This document shows positions 13,901-26,705 of a stretch of DNA of 64,000 nucleotides, in pieces; the stretch's first letter is position 1; the number at the start of each line of letters is the position of its first letter. The stretch is taken from NCBI GenBank assembly GCA_030141605.1, contig JAQGDQ010001054.1:1-64000 (forward strand), written 5' to 3'. Under the pieces are notes generated by a model. It saw only the letters and a list, made by a program, of their open reading frames with translations, did no database searches and had not been told where the DNA came from. A program made the position numbers and the translations under genes. Origin of the DNA: Tubiluchus corallicola (taxonomy: Eukaryota > Animalia > Priapulida).

Positions 13901-15007
13901 CTAGACATTTTTGAAATTGCAGACCTGTTGAGAGAACACTGAACAATAACAAGAGTTTTTACACCTCAGGAGTAAAATGTCACCTGTCAATGAGGTTACC
14001 TGATAATTTACATGTTGTATGCGTTCTCCATTCTGAATCTGGCGTAATTACTCGATAACCTGAGCGTGAAATTCGAACACATTTGCATGAGAAAAGTTGA
14101 AACACCGCAGCTCGATTGAGGATGCGGCGTAATAGAAAATGCCAACCTGTCAGGCACAATTTGTCTCTCTGTCCCGGTCCATTTAGCACTCAGCAAACCA
14201 TTTCATTAGGACAGAATTAAGTAATTATTTATTTGGCGGATTGGAAACTTCCAGAAAGTTTGTTTGGAGCAACGTATTATTGCAAAAGACTCAGAATCGA
14301 CGTTACATTTGTCAGACATTGACAAAAGCAATACCGGCAATCTTCACTTTCTTTACAAGGTGTCGTAAGGTGACATTAAACGAGGCAAATGACAAAATCT
14401 TTTCTATGTATAAAGCTCTTTGTTGTCATTGTTATACATACACAAGTATCACGTATGTAAGTAAAATAATTATGTATAACCAGTTGTAAATAACCGACGT
14501 TTGCAATAGTGTTAAAAACAAATACAAATAAAACGATATCAAACACAAACATTTCAATATAAAACAAATACACCTATCACAAATGATATGAAACATTAAA
14601 CGAATAATACACACAATTAAGTAATAGAAATTAAAATGCTATAATCACATTTGAAACACGAATGCGGGTTGGTTTTTTTCTACTAAGCTTTGACCTGAGT
14701 CAGAGAGGATGCAAAAACCATGATGGAACCCCTGTTTTACCTACTTGAAATGAGATGTCCCTTTTAAAACCATTAATCATTTGCTACCTGTGATATCACC
14801 AGGCTGGAGATAGATTAGTAAGCAAACTCTGTACTTTGTTAATTCCTCGTAATATTGGAATTTAAGATCTGTCAACAAATGAACTCGTTTATCTGCTTCT
14901 TCATGGTAATCAACATCTACATTATACATGTTAATATTCAAGTATTTAAGCTCGCACAGAAATGTATATTTCCTCCTAAGCACTTATAACCTTTGTACTA
15001 ACCTTGG

Positions 15008-15410
15008 CTGTGGGTGGTGCGGTCAGCTGGGTGTTGGGTTAATCTGGTGGCTGCGTTGTACTGGATGTGGAGTGATGCGGATGTTGAGCTGCGGGTGGCG
15101 TGGTGTTGTGTTGTTGGTGTGATGAGGTTTGGGTGGTGTGGCAAGGTGTGGTGGGTGTGACAAGATGTGGGTGGCATAGTGTAGTTGCCACGGTGTGGAA
15201 TGTGTTGCTTTGGCATGGTGTTGTGGGTGTGGTGAGGTGTGGGTGGTGTGGCATTGTGTTGTTGGTGTAATGAGGTTTGGGTGGTGTAGCAAGGTGTGGT
15301 GGGTGTGGCAAGATGTGGGTGGCATGGTGTTGTTGGCACGGTGTGGAAGGTGTTGCTTTGGCATGGTGTTGTGGGTGTGGTGATATGTGGGTGGTGTGAT
15401 ATGGGTGATG
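15008..15410. repeat. G/T-rich minisatellite (~149-bp unit x2, built from GGTGTGG subunits)
   Basis: Duplicated block ttgtgttgttggtgt(g/a)atgaggtttgggtggtgt... at ~15105 and ~15254. Confidence 0.85.
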
Positions 15411-16207
15411 TACTGAAGTGTGGACTGTCGTTATGTGTTTATGTTGAAGTTTTTTGCAGGGTTTGGCTAGCGGCAATATTAATGTCATCATCAACATTAT
15501 GCTATGTATGTGTCTATGCGACAGTAGTCGTACTGTAATGCTTCTACAGTTCGTTTATTGTCTGCACTCTATTATGTATTATTGGCAAGAATGTTTATCA
15601 GTTATACAACAGTCTTGTTCTAGCCATGCTGTAATCTTTGTTATTGCAATAAAAAGCACGTTTAAAGTAAAGGCAAAACTGCTCAAAATGACTGTGCCTG
15701 CACCAAATCTAACTCAGTTAGTCGTGCAAATATTTCAGTTGGTCTAAACGAGCCACAAACTTTCATGACAGTTTTATTCGACAAGAGAGCAGGACTCCAT
15801 CACTTTGCAACAACATTTTTGCAACATTTCTGCAACATTTATCGCTAAAAACTTGCATGAATTTCACGGTGTCGTTGTCACTGTCAAATTTTTAACATTT
15901 TTCTCACCGATCAACTGCTGCGCAATTGCGCATTTGTCTAATTTTGACAGTTTTATAAGAAATTACAGAAATGTCCTCGCATTTCTGCGACACATCGTTC
16001 GTACTTAATGAATCAGTAGGGATGAGTTATATTTCTTACTGCGCAACACTGTTTCGTGCCCCGGTGCTTAAGCTGTTAAGTTTACCGGTATTTTGGAGGC
16101 TTAGGAATTTTGGCCAGAGGCGCTAGCTTAATTTAGAACGTCGTACGTAGTGTGGAAGTACTGAAGGTAGTCTGCATTTTTACTTCAAGGGCACGTTCCC
16201 TGGTAGT

Positions 16208-16609
16208 TAGGGGTGAGCATTCTCTACCAGAAAGCGAATTCGAATCGACTTTGTGACTTTCGAATTCGAATCGAACCGAATTTCAGTATTTCGAATCCGT
16301 ATCGAATTCGAATTGAGTTTGAAAGATTTTCGAACAAGTCTAAGAACCACTAGTGAAAAGTGGTCTTACAAAGATCATGCATATTACTCGATTTCGTTCT
16401 GCAATAAAATCACTGTTAGTTTGTTAAATTTTTTGCACTGAAGTCACAGCTAAATTGTGCTAATTGCATGCCGTTTCAAACATGTTAATGACGAAAAACG
16501 TGCGTAGCTGAAGTGTTGAATTATTCGAGTCTGTAATTTCAGGTTCGTATCGAATTCGAACTTAAAAAACTCGTTCGAATCGAATTCGAACTTTCGGCAC
16601 TCACCCCTA
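16208..16609 (+). mobile_element. hAT-superfamily MITE (TTCGAA-rich) with 8-bp TSD
   Basis: TIRs TAGGGGTGAG / CTCACCCCTA; CTGGTAGT duplicated at 16200-16207 and 16610-16617. Confidence 0.9.
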
Positions 16610-16811
16610 CTGGTAGTGGTTAGTTCCCAGTCACTTGGTTTGAGGCGCTTCGTAAACATTTCCCATTCAATGTTCTTATGATAAACTAATAAGTTTTTCT
16701 TTGCTTGAGCAACGTGAGAAGAAAACAGAAAGCTGAACAAGACTGTTTACAAGGATACTAACAAGGATTCTTTATTAAATATTTCCAATCCCCAGGATTG
16801 GAAGTGACCAG

Positions 16812-17252
16812 TCGAACGAGTTTTTAAGATTGTATTCGATTCGAACCTAAAATTATAGATTCGAATAATTCAGCATTTCGACTTCAAACGTGCAATTAAC
16901 ACAATTTAGCTGCAGTTTCTTTGCAAAATTTTTAGCAGTATAACGCTCGGATCGAAATCGATCATTCTAATTCGAGTCGAATGAATTTTTAAGGTCGAAT
17001 TCGATTCGAACCTAAAATTATGGACTAGAATAATTCAGCATTTCGACTTCAAACGTGCAAATAGCACAATTTAGCTGCAGTTTCTTTGCAAAAATTTTTA
17101 ACAAAACTAATAATGGTTTTACTGCAGAACAAAATCTAGTAATATGCACAATCTTTGTAAGACCACTTTTTACTAGTGGTTCTAAGACTTGTTCGAAAAT
17201 CTTTCAAACTTAATTTGAATTCGATTCAGATTCGAAATACTGAAATTCGAAT
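16812..17252 (-). mobile_element. Inverted partial copy of the TTCGAA-rich hAT MITE with internal duplication
   Basis: 17100-17250 is the reverse complement of ~16275-16435; ~16820-16935 is repeated at ~16985-17100. Confidence 0.75.
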
Positions 17253-17342
17253 TTATTATTTTAATGGTTAATTGATCATATTCATAAAGAAGACAAACTG
17301 CCCTTTAAACTTAAAAAACTTTTACTTTTCCAGGAGCTTTTC

Positions 17343-17885
17343 CAGTGTCGAGAGTAACTCGCCAAGTAACTCGTAAGCGTGTTCAGATTAGAGCGCAAAA
17401 CCTGCTGCGAGTTACTCTCCGACAGTAAGCGTGAGCTGACACTGACTTCTCTATTCACTGGGAGAAGCGTCGAGAGTAACTCATAAGCGTGTTCAGACTA
17501 GAAAGAAAACTTGCTGCGAGTTACTCTCCGTCAGTAAGCGTGAGCTGACACTCACTTCTCTGTTCACTGGGAGAAGTGTCGAGAGTAACTCGGCAAGTAA
17601 CTCGCAAATGTGTTCAGATTAGAGCGCAAATATTACTGCGAGTTACTCTCCGTAAGTAAGCGTGAGCTTACACTCACTTCTCGATTCACTGGGAGAAGTG
17701 TGGAGAGTAACTCGCCAAGTTACTTGCAAATGCGTTCACACTAGACAGTAACTGGTAGGAGGTCAATTCGCAGCAAATGTTGCCAGTAGGAGAGTTTGCA
17801 AAAGCTTGCCAACAATAACTCGCGTAGGAGTTCACACTTTTGAGTTTGCTGTCAGAGAGAAAAACTCACTGGTCTGAACGAGTTG
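17343..17885. mobile_element. Harbinger-like MITE remnant with ~110-120-bp internal tandem repeats
   Basis: Repeated gagagtaactc...gcgagttactctccg...ttcactgggagaag units; right end ggtctgaacg resembles the termini at 45573-46065 and ~34085. Confidence 0.5.
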
Positions 17886-17987
17886 ATGAAAATAATTGAC
17901 TTTGGCTGTGACTTCTTTACTGTGTGATCTAGCGAAACGAAACATAATTTACTGATCCTTTGATCCAATGACTTTTCTCTGGCTTAA

Positions 17988-18524
17988 AGGAAAACCGGAT
18001 GATTGTGTCAATTAGTTCAGAATAAAGAATGCTCTAAAATATTGAAAACTACAATAGCTTATTTTAAATCAAAGCTTAGATTAAATAATAATTACCTCGG
18101 ATACTCAAATTTCGTTAAACTTTCAAAGCTACGCGCGGCTCAGTGAATCTACTAAGTTTGGCAGCGGCGCCTTTTTGTCACATTCGCGTGGCCAACAAAT
18201 AGGAGGCGATACCGTGATAACCATGATCATGAACTGCAGTGTTAGTTTCTGACGTCATATCCTGTAGAGCCCATTTCTCGTGACATCATGCGTTTAAACA
18301 GTACTGTAACATTTTTCAAATGTGCTCGACGCGCAAGGGAAGACGCCTGCCATTGGACAAACTGTGGTTAGTTTCTGACGTAAGCAATAGCTGTGTACGA
18401 TTGCCGTTAATAATCTAATTATTCAAATATAACAAACAATTGCTAACTTTTATAGGCAAGAAAACGTATATTTCGGACAGTAATTTAAAATGAGATTGAG
18501 TCTAAACAATCGTCCGGTCTTCCT
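17988..18524 (+). mobile_element. Non-autonomous Kolobok-like DNA transposon, family A (TTAA TSD)
   Basis: TTAA|AGGAAAACCGGATGATTGT ... ACAATCGTCCGGTCTTCCT|TTAA (19-bp TIR); closely similar copy at 62323-62859. Confidence 0.9.
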
Positions 18525-18890
18525 TTAATTTTGACGAAATAAATCAATTGACTCTGTAAACACGAGAACAGATCAACCATTGCAAGACACATCAAAGCGT
18601 CATTATTCTAATTTCAAGGTTTTACCATTGAAATATTCCTCGCATCATCGTGCAAGCGTATCTGGGACAGCATGGCACGCAAGCCGGATCCTTTCAGTTT
18701 CATTCCGTGACGATGAATTGATGTTTATTTTCTCAAATATGATTTAATCTAAATTGCCTTGTGAACGACTCCATTGACAGCAGCAACTAAACGCGAGTAA
18801 GGGTTTTAGCAAGTTTGACTGAAGCGTGTCCATTGTTACCACTTACTGTCGAGAGCGTTCTGTTATAACCACACGAATCTTAAGGTTTAA

Positions 18891-19597
18891 AGGAAACAAC
18901 AACACTTAGTATGTTTGGTTTATTTTACTGTTATCACCTAGTGCACAAGAAAATACTCCACTTACGTAAAACTTACGTAAAATAATCGTCTGGAAATTTT
19001 ATGCCACTTACATACTACCCTTTTGCATACAGGGCTTGCATTGGCAGTAACGCTGTATAAAACACGTAGATTTAAACACCCGCGATGTCCGTTAGACGAT
19101 AAGTCGTTTGAAACAAGTTTAGATTACACTGCGTAAAGTTTGAAAAAAAATCAGAGCATTCACACGTCACTAACTAGGTAAAATTTAAAATTATTTAGTC
19201 AATAAAACTAAAAACTACGTTTTTTGGTTAGTGAATGGTGCACCCAGAAGGTGAGTGAAGGATAAAAGCCAATTGGTGAAAACATTTTAAATATATTTTA
19301 ATTTTCTTTTTTAGTTACATAAGCCTTTTAAGTAGGAAAGCGAAATTCTAAGTAATATAACTTTACATGGAAAGTTTTTTTGCGACATAATTTAACATTT
19401 CGTCCCCCCCCGATTAACGTGGCGCAGTGACGTCATGTAATGGCGCAGTCGGAACAGCATTGTGGGAGAATTTAAATGAAAACAAACCAGAAATCCTTTC
19501 AACGCGAGAATGATACAGGCACAATATTGCTATAAAGTAACACAATTTTTAAGGCGATTTTTCTAAAACCTACTTCAGATACCCGTTTTCTTGTCCT
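18891..19597 (+). mobile_element. TTAA-type MITE family D
   Basis: TTAA|AGG ... TTCTTGTCCT|TTAA; homologous to ~30250-30901, 7795-8508(-), 26345-26464 and ~63330-63790(-). Confidence 0.75.
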
Positions 19598-20084
19598 TTA
19601 AACTTGGAAAAAATTAACAAACAAATTGACAAAACACTGTCCATAAAGCATAAAGTCAATTTGTGCTAAAACGCTGACCTGAACTTTTCAAGCGTTGTGG
19701 TAGCCATTCATTTGAAAATTGGTGATTTTAACCGGTGGATTTCGTGATTTTCCGTAAGCGCGTCGTGGCTCTCCGTAAGTGCGCGTTGCTTAAACTAACT
19801 CAAACGTCTGCAATTTTCGAGTTGTTCATGGGCTAGTATGCGTATGTCCAGTGAAGCAGTCTACACCAAGCCCTTGACATACTGACCCTTGACAAGCAGT
19901 GAGCTTCTGATTAACCACCGGGAGGTTTTAATTGTCCATTTTGTGAATCTCCAACGATTTGATCAAAGTTTAATTAAGATGCTCAACTTCGGACACGCAA
20001 ACAGGTCAGTTACTGCCAAGAAATGAATTGATACCAAGTCAGTTTTCTTATACCAAGATTACTAAGATGTAACATTGGAATAGT

Positions 20085-20965
20085 AGTGCGGTAATAGTGG
20101 AAAAGTGTTGAAATAACAGTGGGGTGATAGAGGAAAAGTGTTGAAATAATAGTGGGGTAATAGAGGAAAAGTGTTGAAATAATAGTGGGGTAATAGTGGA
20201 AAAATGTTGGAATAATATTTGAAAAGTAGTGTAGTAATAGTGCAGTAATGGTGGAATAATTGTGGTATAACAATGGAGTAGTTGTGGAGTAGCAGTGGAG
20301 AAATAGTGGAGCAATAGTGGAGTAATGATGGAATAATTGTGGCATAACAATGGAGTAGTTGTGGAGTAGCAGTGGAGAAACAGTGGAGCAATAGTGCAGT
20401 ACTAGTGAAATATCAGTAGAGTGATAGCAGACTAATAGTGGAGCAACAGTGCAGTAGTAGTGGAATATTAGTAGAGTGATAGCAGACTGAAAGTGGAGCA
20501 ACAGTGCAGTAGCAGTGAAATATTAGTAGAGTGATAGCAGACTAATAGTGAAGCAACAGTGCAGTAGTAGTGGAATATTAGTAGAGTGATAGCAGTCTGA
20601 AAGTGGAGCAACAGTGCAGTAGTAGTGAACTATTAGTAGAGTGATGGCAGACTAAATGTGGAGCAACAGTGCAGTAGTAGTGGAATATTAGTAGAGTGAT
20701 AGCAGACTGAAAGTGGAGCAACAGTGCAGTAGTAGTGAACTATTAGTAGAGTGATAGCAGACTAAATGTGGAGCAACAGTGCAGTAGTAGTGGAGTATTA
20801 GTAGAGTGATAGCAGACTAAATGTGGAGCAACAGTGCAGTAGTAGTGGAATATTAGTAGAGTGATAGCAGACTAAAAGTGGAGCAATAGTGCAGCAGTTG
20901 TGAAATATTAGTAGAGAGATAGCAGACTAAAAGTGGAGCAATAGTGGAGTAATGATGGAGTAATT
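20085..20965. repeat. Purine-rich minisatellite (33-bp and 55-bp units built from ~11-mers)
   Basis: 55-bp unit gtggagcaacagtgcagtagtagtggaatattagtagagtgatagcagactaaaa, ~10 copies in 20385-20940. Confidence 0.92.
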
Positions 20966-21049
20966 GATGGATGAACATAATAAGTTATGGGTACACAGGG
21001 TGCACAGAAAAACAGTGTCTGCCTTTAAATGGGAAAAGGGTAACTTTAA

Positions 21050-21632
21050 AGGATGACCTAGAAACTTTTCACGCAATGTTATATTACTTAAGTTACGTTT
21101 ACTTGTTTGAAAGACTTGCCTAACTGGAACAGAAAATTCCATATACATTACATGTTGTATACAGTGTTACTGTGAACGAAAGCTCTGTACGCAATAAGAC
21201 AGTATTTAGGTGATACAATCTTTCAAGGCGATTTTTTTAGCTTTATGTAAGTGGAAGGTTGTCTTGTCCTTTAAAAGAACTTTCCTGGAGGGGTGTACAT
21301 TAGCCTAGCGTTTTAGTGTTGCCACTACAATCCCTTTTTAGCTTTTTGTAAGTAAAAGGTTGTATTGTTCTTTAAAAGAAGTTTCTTGGAGGGAGTGTAC
21401 ATTAACCTAGCTTTTTCGTGGCTACAATGCTTTTAAGCTTTATGTAAGTAAAGGGTTGTCTTGTCCTTTAAAGGAGTTTTTCTAGAGGGGGTGTACATTT
21501 GCCTAGCGTTTTAGTGTTACCGCTACAATTCGTTTTAGCTATATGTAAGTCAAGGGTTGTCTTGTCCTTTACAAGAAGTTTTATGGAGGGGGTGTACATT
21601 AACCTAGTATTTTCGTGTTGCCGCTACAATCC
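21050..21632. repeat. TTAA-type element followed by ~100-bp tandem copies (x4) of its right junction
   Basis: TTAA|AGG at ~21046; the unit ...tgtaagt..ggttgtcttgtCCTTTAAaagaa...gtgtacatt..cctag.. recurs at ~21240, 21341, 21437 and 21538. Confidence 0.75.
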
Positions 21633-21939
21633 ATAGAATGTACAATCCATTCTGAGCCTCCGCTAATACGCTTAACTTTTACACTGCAAAGAATGCGCTT
21701 GGAGAATCACTCTCATTTCTTAACACAGACAAAATGTTGGCCCATTTCATGACACCACTGACCCATGAATGATAATTCTCTATAGACAGTTATGCATCGT
21801 AGAAGCAGCTATGCCAACAATAACAGAGGCTTGAATCGTCCTTATTCGTGGCAAAATACTGTGTGTGGTTTGTGTATCGTTGTAAAGACAGATTACGTGA
21901 ACTGTGATTAAAATTCTTTGCTGAATCGTGAGGTCTGAT

Positions 21940-23066
21940 TAGCATTTTCTTTCTGGTTTTACAAACAGCATAAATGTGTAAAATTTGATTAATATTTTCT
22001 TTCTGGTTTATAAACAGCACGAATTTTAGAGGTGTGACTAATATTTGTTTCTTTTTTTACAAACGGCACGAATTTGCAAAGTTTGATTAACATTTTCTTT
22101 CTGGTTTTATAAACAGCACCGATTCGTGAAATTTTCCTTTTTGTTTTACAAACAGCATCATTTCGAGAGAACTGTGTAGAATTTTCTTTCTGGTTTTACA
22201 AAGAGCACCAGTTCGTGTGATGTGAATAATAATAATTTTCTTTCTGGTTTTTGTAAATTGTTGTTGATTAATGTGCAAGCTGTGATTGTAGTTTTCTTTC
22301 TGCTTTTACAAACAGCACGAACGTGTGTGATTTGTTTAATAATTTTCTTTCTGGTTTTACAAAGAGCATTCTGGTTTTTTAAATTTTTGTTTGTTAATAT
22401 GCAAGCTGTGATTAATGTTTTCTTTCTGCTTCTACAAACAGCACGAACTTGTGTGATTTGTTTAATAATTTTCTTTCTGGTTTTACAAAGAGCATTCTGG
22501 TTTTTTAAATTTTTGTTTGTTAATATGCAAGCTGTGATTAATGTTTTCTTTCTGCTTCTACAAACAGCACGAACTTGTGTGATTTGTTTAATAATTTTCT
22601 TTCTGGTTTTACAAAGAGCATTCTTGTTTTTTAAATTGTTGTTTGTTAATATGCAAGCTGTGATTAATGTTTTCTTTCTGGTTTTTCAAACAGCAGCAAC
22701 TCTTGAAATTTAACTGACAATCTCTTCTTTTTTCAAGCAGCACGAATTTTAGAGATCTGACTAATATTTTCTTTCTGGTTTTACAAACAGCACGAATTGT
22801 AGAGGTGTGACTAATACTTTCTTTCTGGTTTTACAAACAGCACGAATTTTTGAAATTCAATTTTCTTTCTGGTTTTACAAACAGCGCGAATTTGTGAAAT
22901 TCAACTTTTTTTCTGGTTTTACAAACAGCACGAATTTGTGAAATTTGATTCTCTTTCTTGTTTTACAAAAAGCGCGAATTCCTGAGATTTGATTAATATT
23001 TTCTTTCAGGTTTTACAACAGCACGGATTTGAGAAATTCGGTTTTCTGGTTTTACAAACAGCACCA
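21940..23066. repeat. Degenerate ~40-50-bp tandem repeat with a 123-bp higher-order block
   Basis: Recurrent ttttctttctggttttacaaacagcacgaattt; 123-bp block x3 at ~22290-22680. Confidence 0.9.
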
Positions 23067-23451
23067 ATTCTTGCTATCTACTAAGCTAACTAAACATTTT
23101 TTCTCATTTTACAGACAGCTGCCATTCGTCCATCTATTGACAGCGTCCAAAATGAAAAATACGCTGACCTTAATGACGCTGGTAAGTAGACATGTAACTT
23201 ACTTTTCTTCCATTGTTCGTAGCGTCTTGGCCCATTGTGTGAAAATGAAAACGGAATGGCTGTCCCAGAGGTAAAAGTGTTTTTTTGTGGTTTCTATGAC
23301 AACGTAGCTGTAAGAAGTTTAGCTCATAAATGGGTACCGTTAATGGTTGCTCTAGTTTAGGGATGACATTGTTGTAAATCGTAAGAAAGCGGCAATTAAG
23401 TAAACTTAGATTAACAAGTGCTAAACTCTTTTTAGCGTCCAAGCTCTAAAA

Positions 23452-23935
23452 AATGTTTCTGAAATTCTGTCAGAAATAGAAAGATCTGTATTCGGCATGC
23501 AAACCGAAAATTTCTGTCACTAGCAGGATCTTGTGTATGCAGTGACTTAATGCGATACAAGAACATGATTGGATGACCGGTTAAACAAGAGTTCTGAAAT
23601 TCTGTCAGAAGTGGAAAGATCTGCATACAAACTAAAAATTTCAATTGCTAGTAATATAAATAGAAGGCAGGAGCTCGTGAACGCAGTGGCTAACTGCAGA
23701 TGGCAGCTAAGTACGATGATACAAGAAGGAAATATGTTGACCTGTTTAACAAGATCTCCTAAATTCTGTCAGAAATACAAAGATCTTCATAGAAGCTGAA
23801 AATTTAGACGACAAGCGTATGCATAAGCAGTAGCTGAATGTTGGCGGAAGCGAAATACGATAAAAAACGTTGCAGAATGACCCACTAAACAAAATTTCTG
23901 AAATTTTGTCAGAAATGAAAAGATCTGCACATTAG
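23452..23935. repeat. Degenerate ~145-bp tandem repeat (4 copies)
   Basis: tt(c)tgaaattctgtcagaaat..aaagatctg recurs at ~23457, 23592, 23760 and 23897. Confidence 0.7.
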
Positions 23936-25146
23936 ATCAAAACTTTAATTCAAACATTCGCAATAATAAACAGTGCATATATGCTGTTCACATCCTAAAC
24001 ATGTTTATTGTTTGCTTTTATTATGTAAATAAAGTCATTTTGTTTTTTGTTCTTGTTTGCACAATTGTTTTTAACGAATTATATGTCGATACCGAAGTGC
24101 ATATTCCAAAGTTTAAATGTGCGTAATCTACTTTAAATGATCGTGAAATTTGTAGTTTGTATGCACATCTTTCTATTGCTGACAGAATGATGGAAAGTTA
24201 ACACTATGATTTTATCAGGCCAGAACACAGTTTTGTTATCATCAAAAACCCAATACTTTCACACTGGTAGGATTAATATAATGGAATAAATTACCCTACC
24301 CCGAAATTATGGATATGGGCTCCATGACCTTGAAAACCAACCTATAAATCATGATCGTTTCTGCTCTGGCAGCTAAGATGAAGTCCAGGTATGCTAGTAA
24401 CAGCCATCTTGTCAGCCATCTTGAAAATTGCGGCCATTTAGTACTAATTTCGATTGACTTCATAACCAAAATTAATCACCTTAATCACCGGTTCTAGCAC
24501 AGTGCAAACTTTCCTGCTTTTGAATCATGTCGACCAAATACCCTTTCATGTTGGTCAAATGGCGGCCATCTTTTTTGACGTCATAACAGGACACTTCAGG
24601 GTGCTCAAATTTCGGTCTAATTTTGGATATTTTGGATTTGAGCCCGCTATACTGTCAAACTAGCTGCTTATGCAATGGCTACTATGTACAATGTTTTGTA
24701 GTCAGTTACATGCAATAATTATCTGCCTACTGCCTGTGTTAGTTTTATTTCTTATATTACATATTTTGTGTGCCATGCACAAGATAAAAAAAGGTTAAAA
24801 ACGCATTTTCGACCCAAAAATTGCCCTACAAAATTAACTACTACTTACTTTTCTTACATCTGTTTCTTATGCAGACATACAAAAAGCAAAATTACTTAAT
24901 ATACATTAAGAATAGTAATTAACAACGATTTGGTAAACTAAATCACTAAGTTTCGTTCTAACAGCAGTGAAAAAGCTAGCATTAAAATAGTTTCCAGTTC
25001 AGTTGACTGACTGACAGCACGACCGATTGTACGTGTGTTTGGAATACTAAATGCCGTATCACTATGTAAGGGTATATCTACGTTTTGCTGACCGTAGTTA
25101 ATCTTTTTTGTTGTATCTTTAGTAAAGCAAACACTGATTTGTCCGG

Positions 25147-25402
<256 letters not shown>

Positions 25403-25624
25403 AATTTCTTTAATCTTTATGTAAAGTCGGTTTCTGGATTAACAATTAACATTAGCTCAAATAGCTATTATCGCCGATTGTAAGTAACAATCTACAACTA
25501 CGTAACAGACCTATTATTGCCACAATTTTACCCTAAAATGCCACTCGTCAGGTAGGGCAATAGCAAGAACCACTTTTAAAGTCTTTGATACGGTATCGAT
25601 CTCGCGACCTCCCAGACGCAAGTC
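25403..25624 (-). mobile_element. Probable decayed tRNA-derived SINE
   Basis: Minus strand has a B-box-like GAGATCGATACC followed by AAAGACTTTAAAAGTGGTTCTTGCT..., resembling invertebrate SINE core domains, and ends at the microsatellite. Confidence 0.4.
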
Positions 25625-25878
25625 TTCTAGTACAACACACTGAACATCTTACAGTATCACTGTACTTCAATTCTCGCTTTCCCAAACGCGTGCAACACGC
25701 TCATGGAACATTTTTGCTATTGAAAGTTATGTTAGTTTGTGATGTCATCAACAGTTGGGCTCGCCCACCGTTAATTAAGATTTTGATCTATTATTTACTT
25801 ACCAGAAATGCTTTTGCAGTACTAAATGTGTTAAAATGTATACTTTTTATCGAATTTGAAAATGGGGTAGTATATGAA

Positions 25879-26705
25879 AAATCTTCTTTTAAACATTTCA
25901 AATTTTCTCTCTAAGAATTATTTCTGTTATGTAGTAACACATTTCAGGCTCTAGTAAGACTTCTGTAATAAAATTATGTTCCTGCTGTTAAACGTTTCGT
26001 GTTTCACTTCAAATGCAGTTATGCAAAACGATTATGCAAAATGATTACGCAAAACGATTATGCATAATTCCTGGTAATAAACTTCTTTCCGCTGTAAACC
26101 TTTTCTCTTTCAGCGTCTTCTTTTACGCAAGAGGTTAGTAATGAGTTCCAATGTTGAATAATTTCGTAGGTCGGTATCGGGCAGGCCTATTATCAGTATT
26201 GAAATGTCTGAATTATATCAGTTCTGAAATACCTGATTTTAAGTTAGCCTTCTTTCTTTAAGCAACTGCAAATGCTAGTACACTATAAATGCTAATCAGT
26301 TAAGCTAGGATTGACCATTGATCAACGAATTTCAAAAAAATTAAAGGACAAGATAACACTATTCCTGAGCAAAGCTTGAAAAAATCGTCCTGAAATTTTG
26401 TACTTTTTGTACCATGTTATCTTATTGCGTGCAGAGTTTGCATTAGCAGTAACGCTGTATAAATCTTGTAAATCTTCTTTTAAACATCATATTCTCGCTA
26501 AGAATTATTTCTGTTATGTCGTAACACATTTCAGGCTCTAGTGAGACTTCTGTAATAAAATTATGTTCCTGCTGTTAAATGTTTCTTGTTTGACTTCAAA
26601 AGCAGTTATGCAAAACGATTGTGCAAAACGATTGTGCAAAATGATTATGCATAACTCCTGGTAATAAACTTCTCTTTCCACTGTAAACCTATTCTCTTTC
26701 AGCGT
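25879..26705. repeat. Two ~235-bp direct repeats (25879-26116, 26470-26705) bracketing an inverted copy of ~8385-8718
   Basis: aatcttcttttaaacat...ctctttcagcgt occurs twice; 26117-26464 is the reverse complement of 8385-8718. Confidence 0.9.

Noticed and set aside
14998-15538. His/Pro/Thr-rich ORFs
   Set aside because: Open in several frames on both strands because of the G/T minisatellite; no coding signature
20010-20501. Tyr/His-rich repetitive ORFs (also 22222-22713 and 6293-6586)
   Set aside because: Derived from minisatellite units
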